In this document: positions 8,671-16,575 of the stretch, one piece after another
How the letters are laid out: each line of letters begins with the position of its first letter
How positions within the stretch are numbered: position 1 is the first letter of the stretch
Assembly (NCBI GenBank): GCA_021808785.1
Contig: JAKBAX010000001.1
Location: forward strand, 1 to 63,801
Source: Actinomycetes bacterium
Lineage (GTDB): Bacteria; Actinomycetota; Acidimicrobiia; Acidimicrobiales; Palsa-688
DNA: 63,801 nt
Direction of reading: 5' to 3'
Program-made: the position numbers and the translations under genes
The notes under the pieces: model-generated
Told to the model about the DNA's origin: nothing
Databases searched by the model: none
What the model saw: only the letters and a program-made list of their open reading frames with translations

Positions 8671-8715
8671 TTGAACATTAGTATGTCGGCGGGTATGTTG
8701 GTATATTGACATTAG
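8671..8715. promoter_or_regulatory. Direct repeat TTGAACATTAG / TTGACATTAG in the LLM / hypothetical-sulfotransferase divergent region
   Basis: The copies lie at 8671-8681 and 8706-8715, with GTATGT repeated between them, in an unusually AT-rich 68-nt gap between the starts at 8657 (-) and 8726 (+). Confidence 0.3.
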
Positions 8716-8725
8716 GGGGCAGGGA

Positions 8726-10045
8726 GTGGCTGTCTACACCTTCACCAAGGATTCGACCCCCCCGATGCCGGGGACGGGTTTCGATCGGGCCGGCCGCCTG
8801 GGCGCAGAAGCGGCCACATTCGCCGCCGATCTGCTCAGCGGAGATGCGTGGGCCCGGTTCTGCGAGGGGCTGCAGTCGGCCGGCCGGTCCGTCCTGCGAT
8901 CGGAGGACGCGGTCTCCGATACCGACCTGGCCGAGGGTTACCGCTACCTCCTGGGGCTGGTGCACAGCCTGGTGGAGGCGGAGCTCTACCGGACCGATGC
9001 CGCCAACCCGGCCTTCCTGAGGGTGCAGACCGACGTGGTGAAAGTGGGCATGGACAATCCGGACGGGGCCCTCATGAGCGCTCCGATCGACGATGAAGGG
9101 GTCTTTCGGATCTATGGCGTGATCGGGTCCATCAGGATGCTCGAGTTCGTCGTATCCGGCAAGGGGCGACCACTGATGCGCTACCTGGACGAGTTCGAGG
9201 TCGGCGACGGCGGCCGCTTCACCGTCACCCTGGGCCGCCGGCCACAGGCCGGCAATTGGATCGAGCTGCCCGAGGGAGCGGCGTCGGTCCTGGTGCGTCG
9301 GGCGACATACGACTGGGACACCGAAGACGTTCCCCACCTGGCCATCGAGAGGCTGGACGCCGACCCGGCCGTAGTACCGCGGTGTCTGCGTACACCGACG
9401 GCAGCCGAAGTGGGCGAGCAACTCGATGCTCTCGGGCGCTTGGTTGCAGAGAACGCCGATTACTGGGTGGACATGGTCCACTCGTTCCGCAGCGAGGGGG
9501 ACAACTTGATCCCCGCGCCGCGACCACTGCCGGCCACCGGGATGAACGACGCCCGGTCCTCGGTCAAGGGTTTCTTCGTCATACCCGAAGGCCACGCCCT
9601 GCTGGTCGAGTTCACCCCTCCCGATGGCCAGTTCTGGAGCATCTCCGTCGGAGACATCTGGTACCGGACCTTCGACTTCGCCAATCACCAGACCAGTCTC
9701 AACGGGCACCAGGTCCAGAAGGATCCCGACGGGGTCTGCCGCATCGTGGTGGCGTCGGAGGACCCGGGCGTGGCCAACTGGCTGGACACAGTCGGCCACG
9801 AGCGCGGAGTGATCATCATCCGGTGGGTGATGGTCACCCACCGGCCCCAGCCGATCACCCGGCTCGTCCCGCTGGCCGACGTGGCCGCCGTTGTCGCCTC
9901 CGGTTCGCCTCGGGTGGCTCCCGTGCAGCGGGCCGCGGCGCTGGCCCGCCGACGCGACGCAGTGGCCCGGCGGCTGGCGGTACCCCTGACGAGCCGCTGG
10001 TCGTACTCGACCACGTCGATCGATCCAGTGAGACCGGACCGATGA
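8726..10045 (+). CDS. Hypothetical protein (possibly DUF1214-like)
   Basis: 439-aa ORF with GTG at 8726 and a GGGGGCAGGGA RBS. GC3 bias is strong. EGYRYLLGL and GMDNPDGALMSAPIDDEGVFRIYG resemble DUF1214 proteins, but only from memory. Its stop overlaps the next start (ATGA). Confidence 0.7.
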   Translation: MAVYTFTKDSTPPMPGTGFDRAGRLGAEAATFAADLLSGDAWARFCEGLQSAGRSVLRSEDAVSDTDLAEGYRYLLGLVHSLVEAELYRTDAANPAFLRVQTDVVKVGMDNPDGALMSAPIDDEGVFRIYGVIGSIRMLEFVVSGKGRPLMRYLDEFEVGDGGRFTVTLGRRPQAGNWIELPEGAASVLVRRATYDWDTEDVPHLAIERLDADPAVVPRCLRTPTAAEVGEQLDALGRLVAENADYWVDMVHSFRSEGDNLIPAPRPLPATGMNDARSSVKGFFVIPEGHALLVEFTPPDGQFWSISVGDIWYRTFDFANHQTSLNGHQVQKDPDGVCRIVVASEDPGVANWLDTVGHERGVIIIRWVMVTHRPQPITRLVPLADVAAVVASGSPRVAPVQRAAALARRRDAVARRLAVPLTSRWSYSTTSIDPVRPDR

Positions 10046-11205
10046 TCCCGGCTCCCGAAACCCTCGTCGAGCGGGCCTGCGCCGCCACCGGGCTCCGTGA
10101 CCTCGGGCCGGACGGCTGGCAGGAAGGCCTGGACCGCCTGGTGCGGGCCGCGACGTCGGACCTGGCTCTCGACGACCCCTCGGCCGCCCGACTCTGCGCC
10201 ACCATTCATCACCGCTTGACCAGCCGTCTGCGGATCGAGGACTGGTACGCCGACCAGGCCGGCGAAGTCCCCCCGATCGGTGCCATGGTGGTCATCCACG
10301 GCCTGCCTCGGACGGCGACGACCGCTCTGCAGTATCTGCTGGCCTGCGGCCCCGATTTCCGGTTCCAGCGGCGGTGGGAGATCAGCGACCCGATCCCGCC
10401 GCCCGAGTCCGGAACCGATGCCGACGACCCGCGCCGGCTGGCCGCCAAGGCGCGGCGGGAGGTTGGGGCCGGGGGTTCGGTGCAGCACATATCGGATACG
10501 GACGGCCCCGTTGACGACAACACCATCCTGGGGTTGGACTTCCACAACCAGGAGCTGGGGCTGCCGCTACCCAGCTACACCCGTTGGTGGCGCTCCAGCA
10601 GCCTGGCGACGACCTACGCCTATCACGAGCGGGTCCTGCGCCTGCTGCAAACCGGGCGCCCTCCCCGTCGGTGGCTGGTCAAGGCGCCGTACCACAACTT
10701 CCACCTCTCCGACCTGGCCGCACATTATCCCGAGGCCCGATTCATCATGGCCCACCGTGATCCGGCGGCCGCCTTTCCCTCGGCCTGCAGCACCGTGCTC
10801 ACCGCGCAATGCAACGCCCTGCCCGACCAGCCACCTGACCCGCTCGACCTGGGCGCGTTCCTCCTCGAGCACCTGGTGGCCGGCATCGAGCGGGCCATGG
10901 CGGACCGAGCCGTCATCGGAGAGCATCGATTTCTGGACGTGACGCAGAAGGAGATGGAGGCGGACCCACTCGCCACGGCTGATCGGATCTACGAATTCCT
11001 GGGCCTCGATCTGGTTCCCGCCACGCGGCGGGCCATGGCCGATTGGGCAGCTGGGAATCGGCGGGGTGCCAGGGGCCCCCACCGGTACACGGCCGAGACC
11101 TACGGCTTCCGCCCGGCCCAGATCCGCTCCGCGTTCCGCCACTACATCGATCGCTTCGGCATCGAGATGGAAGACCGAGCACGAGCCACGCCCGGCGTGC
11201 TGTGA
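10042..11205 (+). CDS. Sulfotransferase family protein
   Basis: 387 codons from ATG at 10042, inside the 649-aa track ORF. Carries HGLPRTATTALQYLL (PAPS 5'-phosphosulfate-binding loop) and KAPYHNFHL...RFIMAHRDPAAAFPS. Overlaps both neighbours by 4 nt. Confidence 0.8.
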   Translation: MIPAPETLVERACAATGLRDLGPDGWQEGLDRLVRAATSDLALDDPSAARLCATIHHRLTSRLRIEDWYADQAGEVPPIGAMVVIHGLPRTATTALQYLLACGPDFRFQRRWEISDPIPPPESGTDADDPRRLAAKARREVGAGGSVQHISDTDGPVDDNTILGLDFHNQELGLPLPSYTRWWRSSSLATTYAYHERVLRLLQTGRPPRRWLVKAPYHNFHLSDLAAHYPEARFIMAHRDPAAAFPSACSTVLTAQCNALPDQPPDPLDLGAFLLEHLVAGIERAMADRAVIGEHRFLDVTQKEMEADPLATADRIYEFLGLDLVPATRRAMADWAAGNRRGARGPHRYTAETYGFRPAQIRSAFRHYIDRFGIEMEDRARATPGVL

Positions 11206-12032
11206 GATCGGAGGACGACCTGCAGATCGAACCACTGGGCTCCGCCGGAGGGGTCGAAATCCTGGACATCGACCTGGCCGGTGATCTCGGCGATGCCACG
11301 TTCCGGAAGGTGGAGGAGGTCTTCGACCGGGAGTCGCTCGTCGTGTTTCGGAACCAGGAGCTCACGCCTGAGCGGGGCCGTCAGATCTTCTCCCGGTTCG
11401 GTCCGCTCGTCGAAGGCATCGGGGTGGTCTCCAATCAGGATGCGACTGGACGGGGGGAGCTCCAGTTCCACTCCGAGCGCTCGTTCCAGAGGCAGATCCC
11501 CATCCGGGGCCTGGCCCTTTACGGCCGGGAGGTCGGCGCCGGTGGGGCGGCCACGCTCTTCATCAACTGCGCCGCCGCCTATCGTGACCTTCCCGGCCCG
11601 GTCCGGGCCCGCCTGGCCACCGTGGACACCGTGCACAGCTTCGATCCTCGGGTGCGCCTGGGACCGGACTATGGCGGCCCCGAGGTGCCTGCGGGCGGTT
11701 GGCGGACCATCCACCCGGCGGTGCTGCGCCACCCGCTCACCGGCGTCCCCATCCTGTTCGTGAGCCCCTGGTTCACGACCGCCATCGCGGAGGACGCCGA
11801 TGCCGGAGACGGCCTGCTCGACCAGATGCTCGGGCACCTGACGGACCCGAGCTTCCGGTACCGCCATCAGTGGCGCCCCAACGACCTCGTCCTGTGGGAC
11901 AACCTGGCATTCATCCACGCCCGTGAGCCCTACCTCGAGTCGACGACCAGGGTCCTCTGGAAGTACGAGTTCCGGTTTGCCGACGGCATAGAGCTGACCC
12001 CGCCCCACGGCACCCGGCTCACTACCGGATGA
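11202..12032 (+). CDS. TauD/TfdA family Fe(II)/2-oxoglutarate dioxygenase
   Basis: 276 codons from GTG at 11202 (GTGA overlap with the sulfotransferase stop). Carries FRNQELTPE, LQFHSERSF (HxE where TauD has HxD), HPAVLRHPLTG and WDNLAFIHAREP. Confidence 0.8.
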   Translation: MRSEDDLQIEPLGSAGGVEILDIDLAGDLGDATFRKVEEVFDRESLVVFRNQELTPERGRQIFSRFGPLVEGIGVVSNQDATGRGELQFHSERSFQRQIPIRGLALYGREVGAGGAATLFINCAAAYRDLPGPVRARLATVDTVHSFDPRVRLGPDYGGPEVPAGGWRTIHPAVLRHPLTGVPILFVSPWFTTAIAEDADAGDGLLDQMLGHLTDPSFRYRHQWRPNDLVLWDNLAFIHAREPYLESTTRVLWKYEFRFADGIELTPPHGTRLTTG

Positions 12033-12127
12033 TCGGCCAGAACCGGACGGTTTCAACCGTGCGCAGAGCAGAGGGAGCCGGCTGAAGAGCCATAGTGGTG
12101 CGGGCTAGGCCGGTCGGACGGGATCCC

Positions 12128-12958
12128 TCAGACGCGGGCCGGTTGCACCGGCGCCCCCTTGACTCCGGGCCGGGCCCGGAATACGGCGCCGGTGTGGTCC
12201 GGATCGTAGGGCGCGCCACCGAAGGTGACGGCGTAGAGGTCGTCTCCGTCGAAGCAGATCGAAGCGGTCCAATCCCTCGGTCCGCGAAACTCACCGTCGA
12301 TCCGCCCATCCGGTGAGAGCCGCACGATCCGACCCGATCCGATGAGTACGACCCAGATGCAGCCCGCCTCGTCCATGGCCAGGCCATCAGGGCTTTCATC
12401 GTCGAACTGGTAGAGGTGGCGGCGGTTGACCGGCATTCCCGATTCATCCAGGTCGCTCATCCAGACGAGGTGCGGCGTCGTGTCGTTGTGGTAGAGCCGG
12501 TATCCGTCGGGGCTCACACCGATGCCGTTGGTCAGTTGGACCCCGTCGTAGCAGTGGGCCGCGCCGTCCCCGTCCAGCCTCCAGAGCGAGCCGCCCTGGC
12601 CGGACACCGGTGGGAGCGGGTCGGCATCGAAGCGTCCGACGAAGACCCGACCGTCGGGATCGGTGCCCAGATCGTTGAAGCCCCAGGCGTGGCCCGGCTC
12701 GAGCAGGGTCCGCTCGGCGCCGTCGGCCCCGACGACCGAGACGGTGTGACCTGATGCGACCAGGCCTCCGTCCACGTGGGCGACCAGCCCGCCGACGTGT
12801 GTCCTCTCGGCCAGGAAGGTCGTCGAGCCGTCGGGCTCCAGGCGCAGGAGATGGCCCGCCGTCCGGTCAACGAAGCAGAGGCGGCCTTCGAGATCGAGAC
12901 ATGGAGCCTCCAGCTTCCCGAAGCCCTCGATCAGCAACTCCCACTCCAAGTCTTGCAT
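12128..12958 (-). CDS. SMP-30/gluconolactonase/LRE family protein
   Basis: 276-aa ORF. EAPCLDLEGRLCFVD, NGIGVSPDGYRLYHNDT and PDGLAMDEAGCIWVV are beta-propeller lactonase motifs. Confidence 0.85.
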   Translation of the reverse strand: MQDLEWELLIEGFGKLEAPCLDLEGRLCFVDRTAGHLLRLEPDGSTTFLAERTHVGGLVAHVDGGLVASGHTVSVVGADGAERTLLEPGHAWGFNDLGTDPDGRVFVGRFDADPLPPVSGQGGSLWRLDGDGAAHCYDGVQLTNGIGVSPDGYRLYHNDTTPHLVWMSDLDESGMPVNRRHLYQFDDESPDGLAMDEAGCIWVVLIGSGRIVRLSPDGRIDGEFRGPRDWTASICFDGDDLYAVTFGGAPYDPDHTGAVFRARPGVKGAPVQPARV

Positions 12959-13028
12959 GCTGAGATACTACGGGTTGCTGATATATCCACAATGGGACGA
13001 GGCCTGGGGTAGCCCGGCACGGTGGTGG

Positions 13029-13433
13029 TTACTCGGTGCTCCACCCGCTCAGCTTGTAGCCGCCGAACGGCACGGCTGGGTCGACCATGTTGTAGGTGTG
13101 AGCCAGACAGTGCCGGCCTGGAGCGCGTTGGCCACCCGGGGGGCCCGCACGGGTGCCCATGTCCAGGGCGGTGATCAACTCGAGTTCCCCGTACCGGGCC
13201 GCGAGGGCATCGGCGACCCGCCACAGGAGGCGTTGGCGGGTGGCCGGCGTCAGCAACTGCCACGGTCCCTCGAAGGTGGCCCTGGCCGCCGCCGTCGCTC
13301 TCTCGACGTCAGCCGTGCCGGCGTCTGCAACTTCGACGAGGGCCCGTCCTGTCGATGGACTGATGCTCGTGATGGTGCGCCCGGACCGGGCCGGCGACCA
13401 CTCGTCGCCGATGAGCATATGCTTCGGCCCCAA
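13029..13433 (-). pseudogene. Aldehyde dehydrogenase remnant with a large internal deletion
   Basis: The 134-aa ORF joins an ALDH N-terminus (LIGDEW...ERATAAARATFEGPW...LLWRVADAL...ELELITALDMG) directly to an ALDH C-terminus (HTYNMVDPAVPFGGYKLSGWSTE). The roughly 350-residue catalytic core is absent. The junction lies at about 13106-13156. Confidence 0.7.
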
Positions 13434-13591
13434 ACCGATCAGTTCCGTGGCGCGGGGCTACGCGGTGCCCGGATTCATGGCGACTCCTAGAGGACTACGA
13501 CTGGAATGGTCCGAATTTACGGCCGATTCCAGGCTGACTATAGTTATCGTTTGAGAAGGTATTCTGTAAACCTCCGACCGGGAGCATTGAT

Positions 13592-14749
13592 TTGTCCGAC
13601 AAGATTTGGGCCAACTCCGGGGACTCGCACCTGATGGAGCCCTTCGAGCTGTTTCAGGAGAATCTCCCGAAGGACCTGGCGGAACGCATGCCCCGCAGCG
13701 AGCTCGACCCGGATGGCGCCTTCGAGACCGTTCACGTCGACGGCCAGGAGTTCCGGCGCAAGGTTCCGTTCGTGAAGCGACCGATGGTGGACCCGGAGAC
13801 CGGAAAGTCGGTGTTCGATCGGGCGCCGGGGGCCAATGACATGCGCCTGCGCCTCGAGGACCTCAACGAGGAGGGCATCTGGGCGGAGTTGATCTACACG
13901 TCGATCGGCATGTGGATGCACTCGATTCGTGATCCCCAGCTGATGCTGGCCGGCTGCCGCGTGCTCAACGATTGGGCCATCGAGTACCAGCGGTTCTCCC
14001 CACGCTATGTGTGCACCGCCCTGATCCCGACGTTGAGCGTCGACACTGCTATTCAAGAGGTGGAGCGCACCGCCGGAATGGGCTTCAAGATCGTGATGCT
14101 GCCGACATCACCCACGCTCGATGGACCCAACTGGAACCGGGACGACTGGCATCCGCTCTGGGCCAGCCTGGCCGATGTAGGGATGCACGTCGGCTTCCAC
14201 GCCGGCAGCGATCCGCACGAGGCCGACACGTTCAACGGCGTCTACTATCGGGGTCCCGGAGCCCACCTCCTCAACTACTACGAGGCGAGTTACCACATGC
14301 AGTTGGCGGCCGCCAAACTGGTGTCAAGCGGCGTTTTCGAACGCCATCCGACTCTGAAGTGCGTGGTATCGGAGGGGGGTGCCACATGGGTTCCGTTCAT
14401 GGCCGACCGGCTCGATGAGGCGTACCGTCAGCATGTCAATCAGGTCTGGCCCAAGTTCAGGCGGCTGCCGAGCGAGTACCTGTTCGAGAATGTGTACGCC
14501 TCCTTCCAGCACGATGTGTCGGCCCCGCAGGCTTTGGCGGCGATGGGATACCGCAACGTGTGCTGGGGGAGCGACTACCCGCATCTCGAGGGCACCTTCG
14601 GTCACACCCAGAAGACACTCCGGGAGCTGGTCGGGGACCTGACCCCGGCACAGCGCCACCGGATCACCCGGGGGACCTTCGAGGAGCTCTTCCCCCACGT
14701 CCCGCCCGCCCCGGCGGACGACACGGATCCGGTCGACACAACGGGCTAG
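13592..14749 (+). CDS. Amidohydrolase_2 family protein, subgroup B
   Basis: 385-aa ORF with TTG at 13592 and a GGGAG RBS. Carries NSGDSHLMEPFELF and WGSDYPHLEGTF. Confidence 0.85.
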   Translation: MSDKIWANSGDSHLMEPFELFQENLPKDLAERMPRSELDPDGAFETVHVDGQEFRRKVPFVKRPMVDPETGKSVFDRAPGANDMRLRLEDLNEEGIWAELIYTSIGMWMHSIRDPQLMLAGCRVLNDWAIEYQRFSPRYVCTALIPTLSVDTAIQEVERTAGMGFKIVMLPTSPTLDGPNWNRDDWHPLWASLADVGMHVGFHAGSDPHEADTFNGVYYRGPGAHLLNYYEASYHMQLAAAKLVSSGVFERHPTLKCVVSEGGATWVPFMADRLDEAYRQHVNQVWPKFRRLPSEYLFENVYASFQHDVSAPQALAAMGYRNVCWGSDYPHLEGTFGHTQKTLRELVGDLTPAQRHRITRGTFEELFPHVPPAPADDTDPVDTTG

Positions 14750-14778
14750 GGACAGGACCCCGTGCGGCGCGACCGGCG

Positions 14779-14811
14779 CGCGGTGGGGCCGGATCAATGA
14801 ACCCCACCGCG
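14779..14811. terminator. GC-rich hairpin between convergent genes (candidate bidirectional terminator)
   Basis: cgcggtgggg (14779-14788), a 13-nt loop, then ccccaccgcg (14802-14811) give a 10-bp perfect stem. It lies between the amidohydrolase stop (14749) and the TetR stop (14902). There is no U-tract. Confidence 0.5.
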
Positions 14812-14901
14812 GCGCAGACCCTCAGGGGGGATGGAGGGACGGCGCCGGCCGCAACTCTATCGGACCGAGAATAGGATTTCAAATAGGCCGCTCGGAGCTA
14901 C

Positions 14902-15531
14902 CTACGCATCGAGCCTCAAGGCCGGCCAAGCGAAGCGCACGACATGGCCGCGGGTGGTCGCCCGGTCCTGCTGGGAGCCGTCGCCGGCGTCCAAGCTCGC
15001 CATGACGAGCGCGTGGATGCTGTAGGCGTCCGCCTCGGGACGCATCGAGTGCAGAACACCGGCTCGATGGCCTTCCTCGAGAGCAGACACGAGAGGGCGG
15101 CAGGCGCTCTGTCGAAGCTCGTTCATGATCTGGAGTCGGGGGCCCGACGCCTTGGCGGCCGCCGCCGTAAGCAAGGTGGTGCGCTTGGCTCGGCGGGGCT
15201 CGTAGAAAACATCGAGGAACCGGTCCAGCCAGGCTTCAACGGCTGCGACCGGATGAGGGGCGGCGACCACCACTCGGGTGAGCGACCGGCCGACCGCTTC
15301 GCCCTCGCGCAAAAGGAAGGTCTCGAGCAAGGCCTCCTTGGATTGGAAATGCCGGTAGAAGGCACGCGTGGAGAGCCCGGCTTCGGCCAGCACGTCGCTC
15401 ACGGACATCTCGGAATAGCCGTTGCGTTCCATGACCCGGATGACGGCGTCTATGAGCAGGCGTCGCTCGGTTTGGTCGTCGAATCGCCGCGGTCGTCCGA
15501 CCACAGGTGCTGACGACGTCGATTTCGGCAA
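14902..15531 (-). CDS. TetR/AcrR family transcriptional regulator
   Basis: 209-aa ORF. The N-terminal HTH is RRLLIDAVIRVMERNGYSEMSVSDVLAEAGLSTRAFYRHFQSKEALL. The TTG start at 15531 is uncertain. Confidence 0.9.
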   Translation of the reverse strand: MPKSTSSAPVVGRPRRFDDQTERRLLIDAVIRVMERNGYSEMSVSDVLAEAGLSTRAFYRHFQSKEALLETFLLREGEAVGRSLTRVVVAAPHPVAAVEAWLDRFLDVFYEPRRAKRTTLLTAAAAKASGPRLQIMNELRQSACRPLVSALEEGHRAGVLHSMRPEADAYSIHALVMASLDAGDGSQQDRATTRGHVVRFAWPALRLDA

Positions 15532-15648
15532 ACTACGCTCCTATGGGCGGGTGGTCCGAGAATACTGCCGGGCAGACGGTCGGGAGGGTACGGTGACCTC
15601 CGGGCCCTCGGATCACAAACGTGCGGCTCCGCCCTGCGGTCGGGTATG

Positions 15649-15658
15649 CTTTGCAAAG
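15649..15658. promoter_or_regulatory. Perfect palindrome CTTTGCAAAG in the TetR / SDR divergent intergenic region
   Basis: Read directly. It lies between the TetR start (15531) and the SDR start (15739). The core TTTGCAAA recurs at 47947 and 55051. It could be an operator or a TTGCAA -35-like element. Confidence 0.4.
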
Positions 15659-15738
15659 AAGTTCTCCAAAGATGAATGCGCCGCGTTAAGGGTGTCGTGC
15701 CTCTTGGCGTAGAGGGCTCCGAGAGAGAGGGTGGGGAG

Positions 15739-16575
15739 ATGGCAGGAGACGGACGGCTGACCGGCAAGGTTGCCCTCATCACCGGTGCGGCCCGCGGACA
15801 GGGTCGCTCCCACGCCGTGGCTCTGGCTCGCCAAGGGGCGTCGATCGCGGCAGTGGACATCGCCGCCCAGATCGAGTCCGTGCCGTATCCGATGGCCACG
15901 CCAGAAGACCTCGAGGAAACGGTCCGGTTGGTGGAGGAGGCGGGTGGCAGGTGCCTTCCCATCGTTGCCGATGTAAGGGACATCCTGGCCATGGACTCGG
16001 CTGTCAAGCAGACATTGTCCGAGCTCGGGAGGATTGACATAGCCCTAGCCAACGCCGGTGTGTTGCACATAGCCGGCTCCGGCGAGTCCCTCGTCGAGTC
16101 GGCGGTTCGCTGGAACGACGCCGTCGGGGTCATGCTCACCGGCGTCTACAACACGATTCGGGTCGTGCAGCAGCCACTGATCGACCAGGGCACTGGAGGG
16201 TCGATCGTGATTACGAGCTCGACCGCCGGTCTGAGCGGTATGCACGACGGCAGCGGGGGAATCGCGGCCTACTGTGCATCAAAGCACGGCGTGGTGGGCC
16301 TGATGCGGGGATATGCCAAGATCCTGGGGCGGCACAACATCCGGGTGAACTCGGTTCACCCGATGGGTGTGGCTACTCCGATGGTGGTCAATGAGGAGTT
16401 CCAGAAATACCACGCCGATCATGCCGACGTGCTGGAGATCTCGCCTCGCTTGTTGCCGATGACACTTCTGGAGCCAGGCGACGTCAGCGCCGCCATCCTC
16501 TGGCTGGTCTCCGACGATGCCAGAGCGGTCACCGGGATCGCCCTGCCGGTGGACTGCGGTGTCACCTGCCCGTAG
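15739..16575 (+). CDS. SDR oxidoreductase of the mycofactocin-coupled subfamily type
   Basis: 278 codons from ATG at 15739, with a GAGGGTGGGGA RBS. LTGKVALITGAARGQGRSHAVALARQGASIAAVDI...VPYPMATPEDLEETVRLVE matches, from memory, the N-terminal signature of mycofactocin-dependent SDRs. Confidence 0.85.
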   Translation: MAGDGRLTGKVALITGAARGQGRSHAVALARQGASIAAVDIAAQIESVPYPMATPEDLEETVRLVEEAGGRCLPIVADVRDILAMDSAVKQTLSELGRIDIALANAGVLHIAGSGESLVESAVRWNDAVGVMLTGVYNTIRVVQQPLIDQGTGGSIVITSSTAGLSGMHDGSGGIAAYCASKHGVVGLMRGYAKILGRHNIRVNSVHPMGVATPMVVNEEFQKYHADHADVLEISPRLLPMTLLEPGDVSAAILWLVSDDARAVTGIALPVDCGVTCP

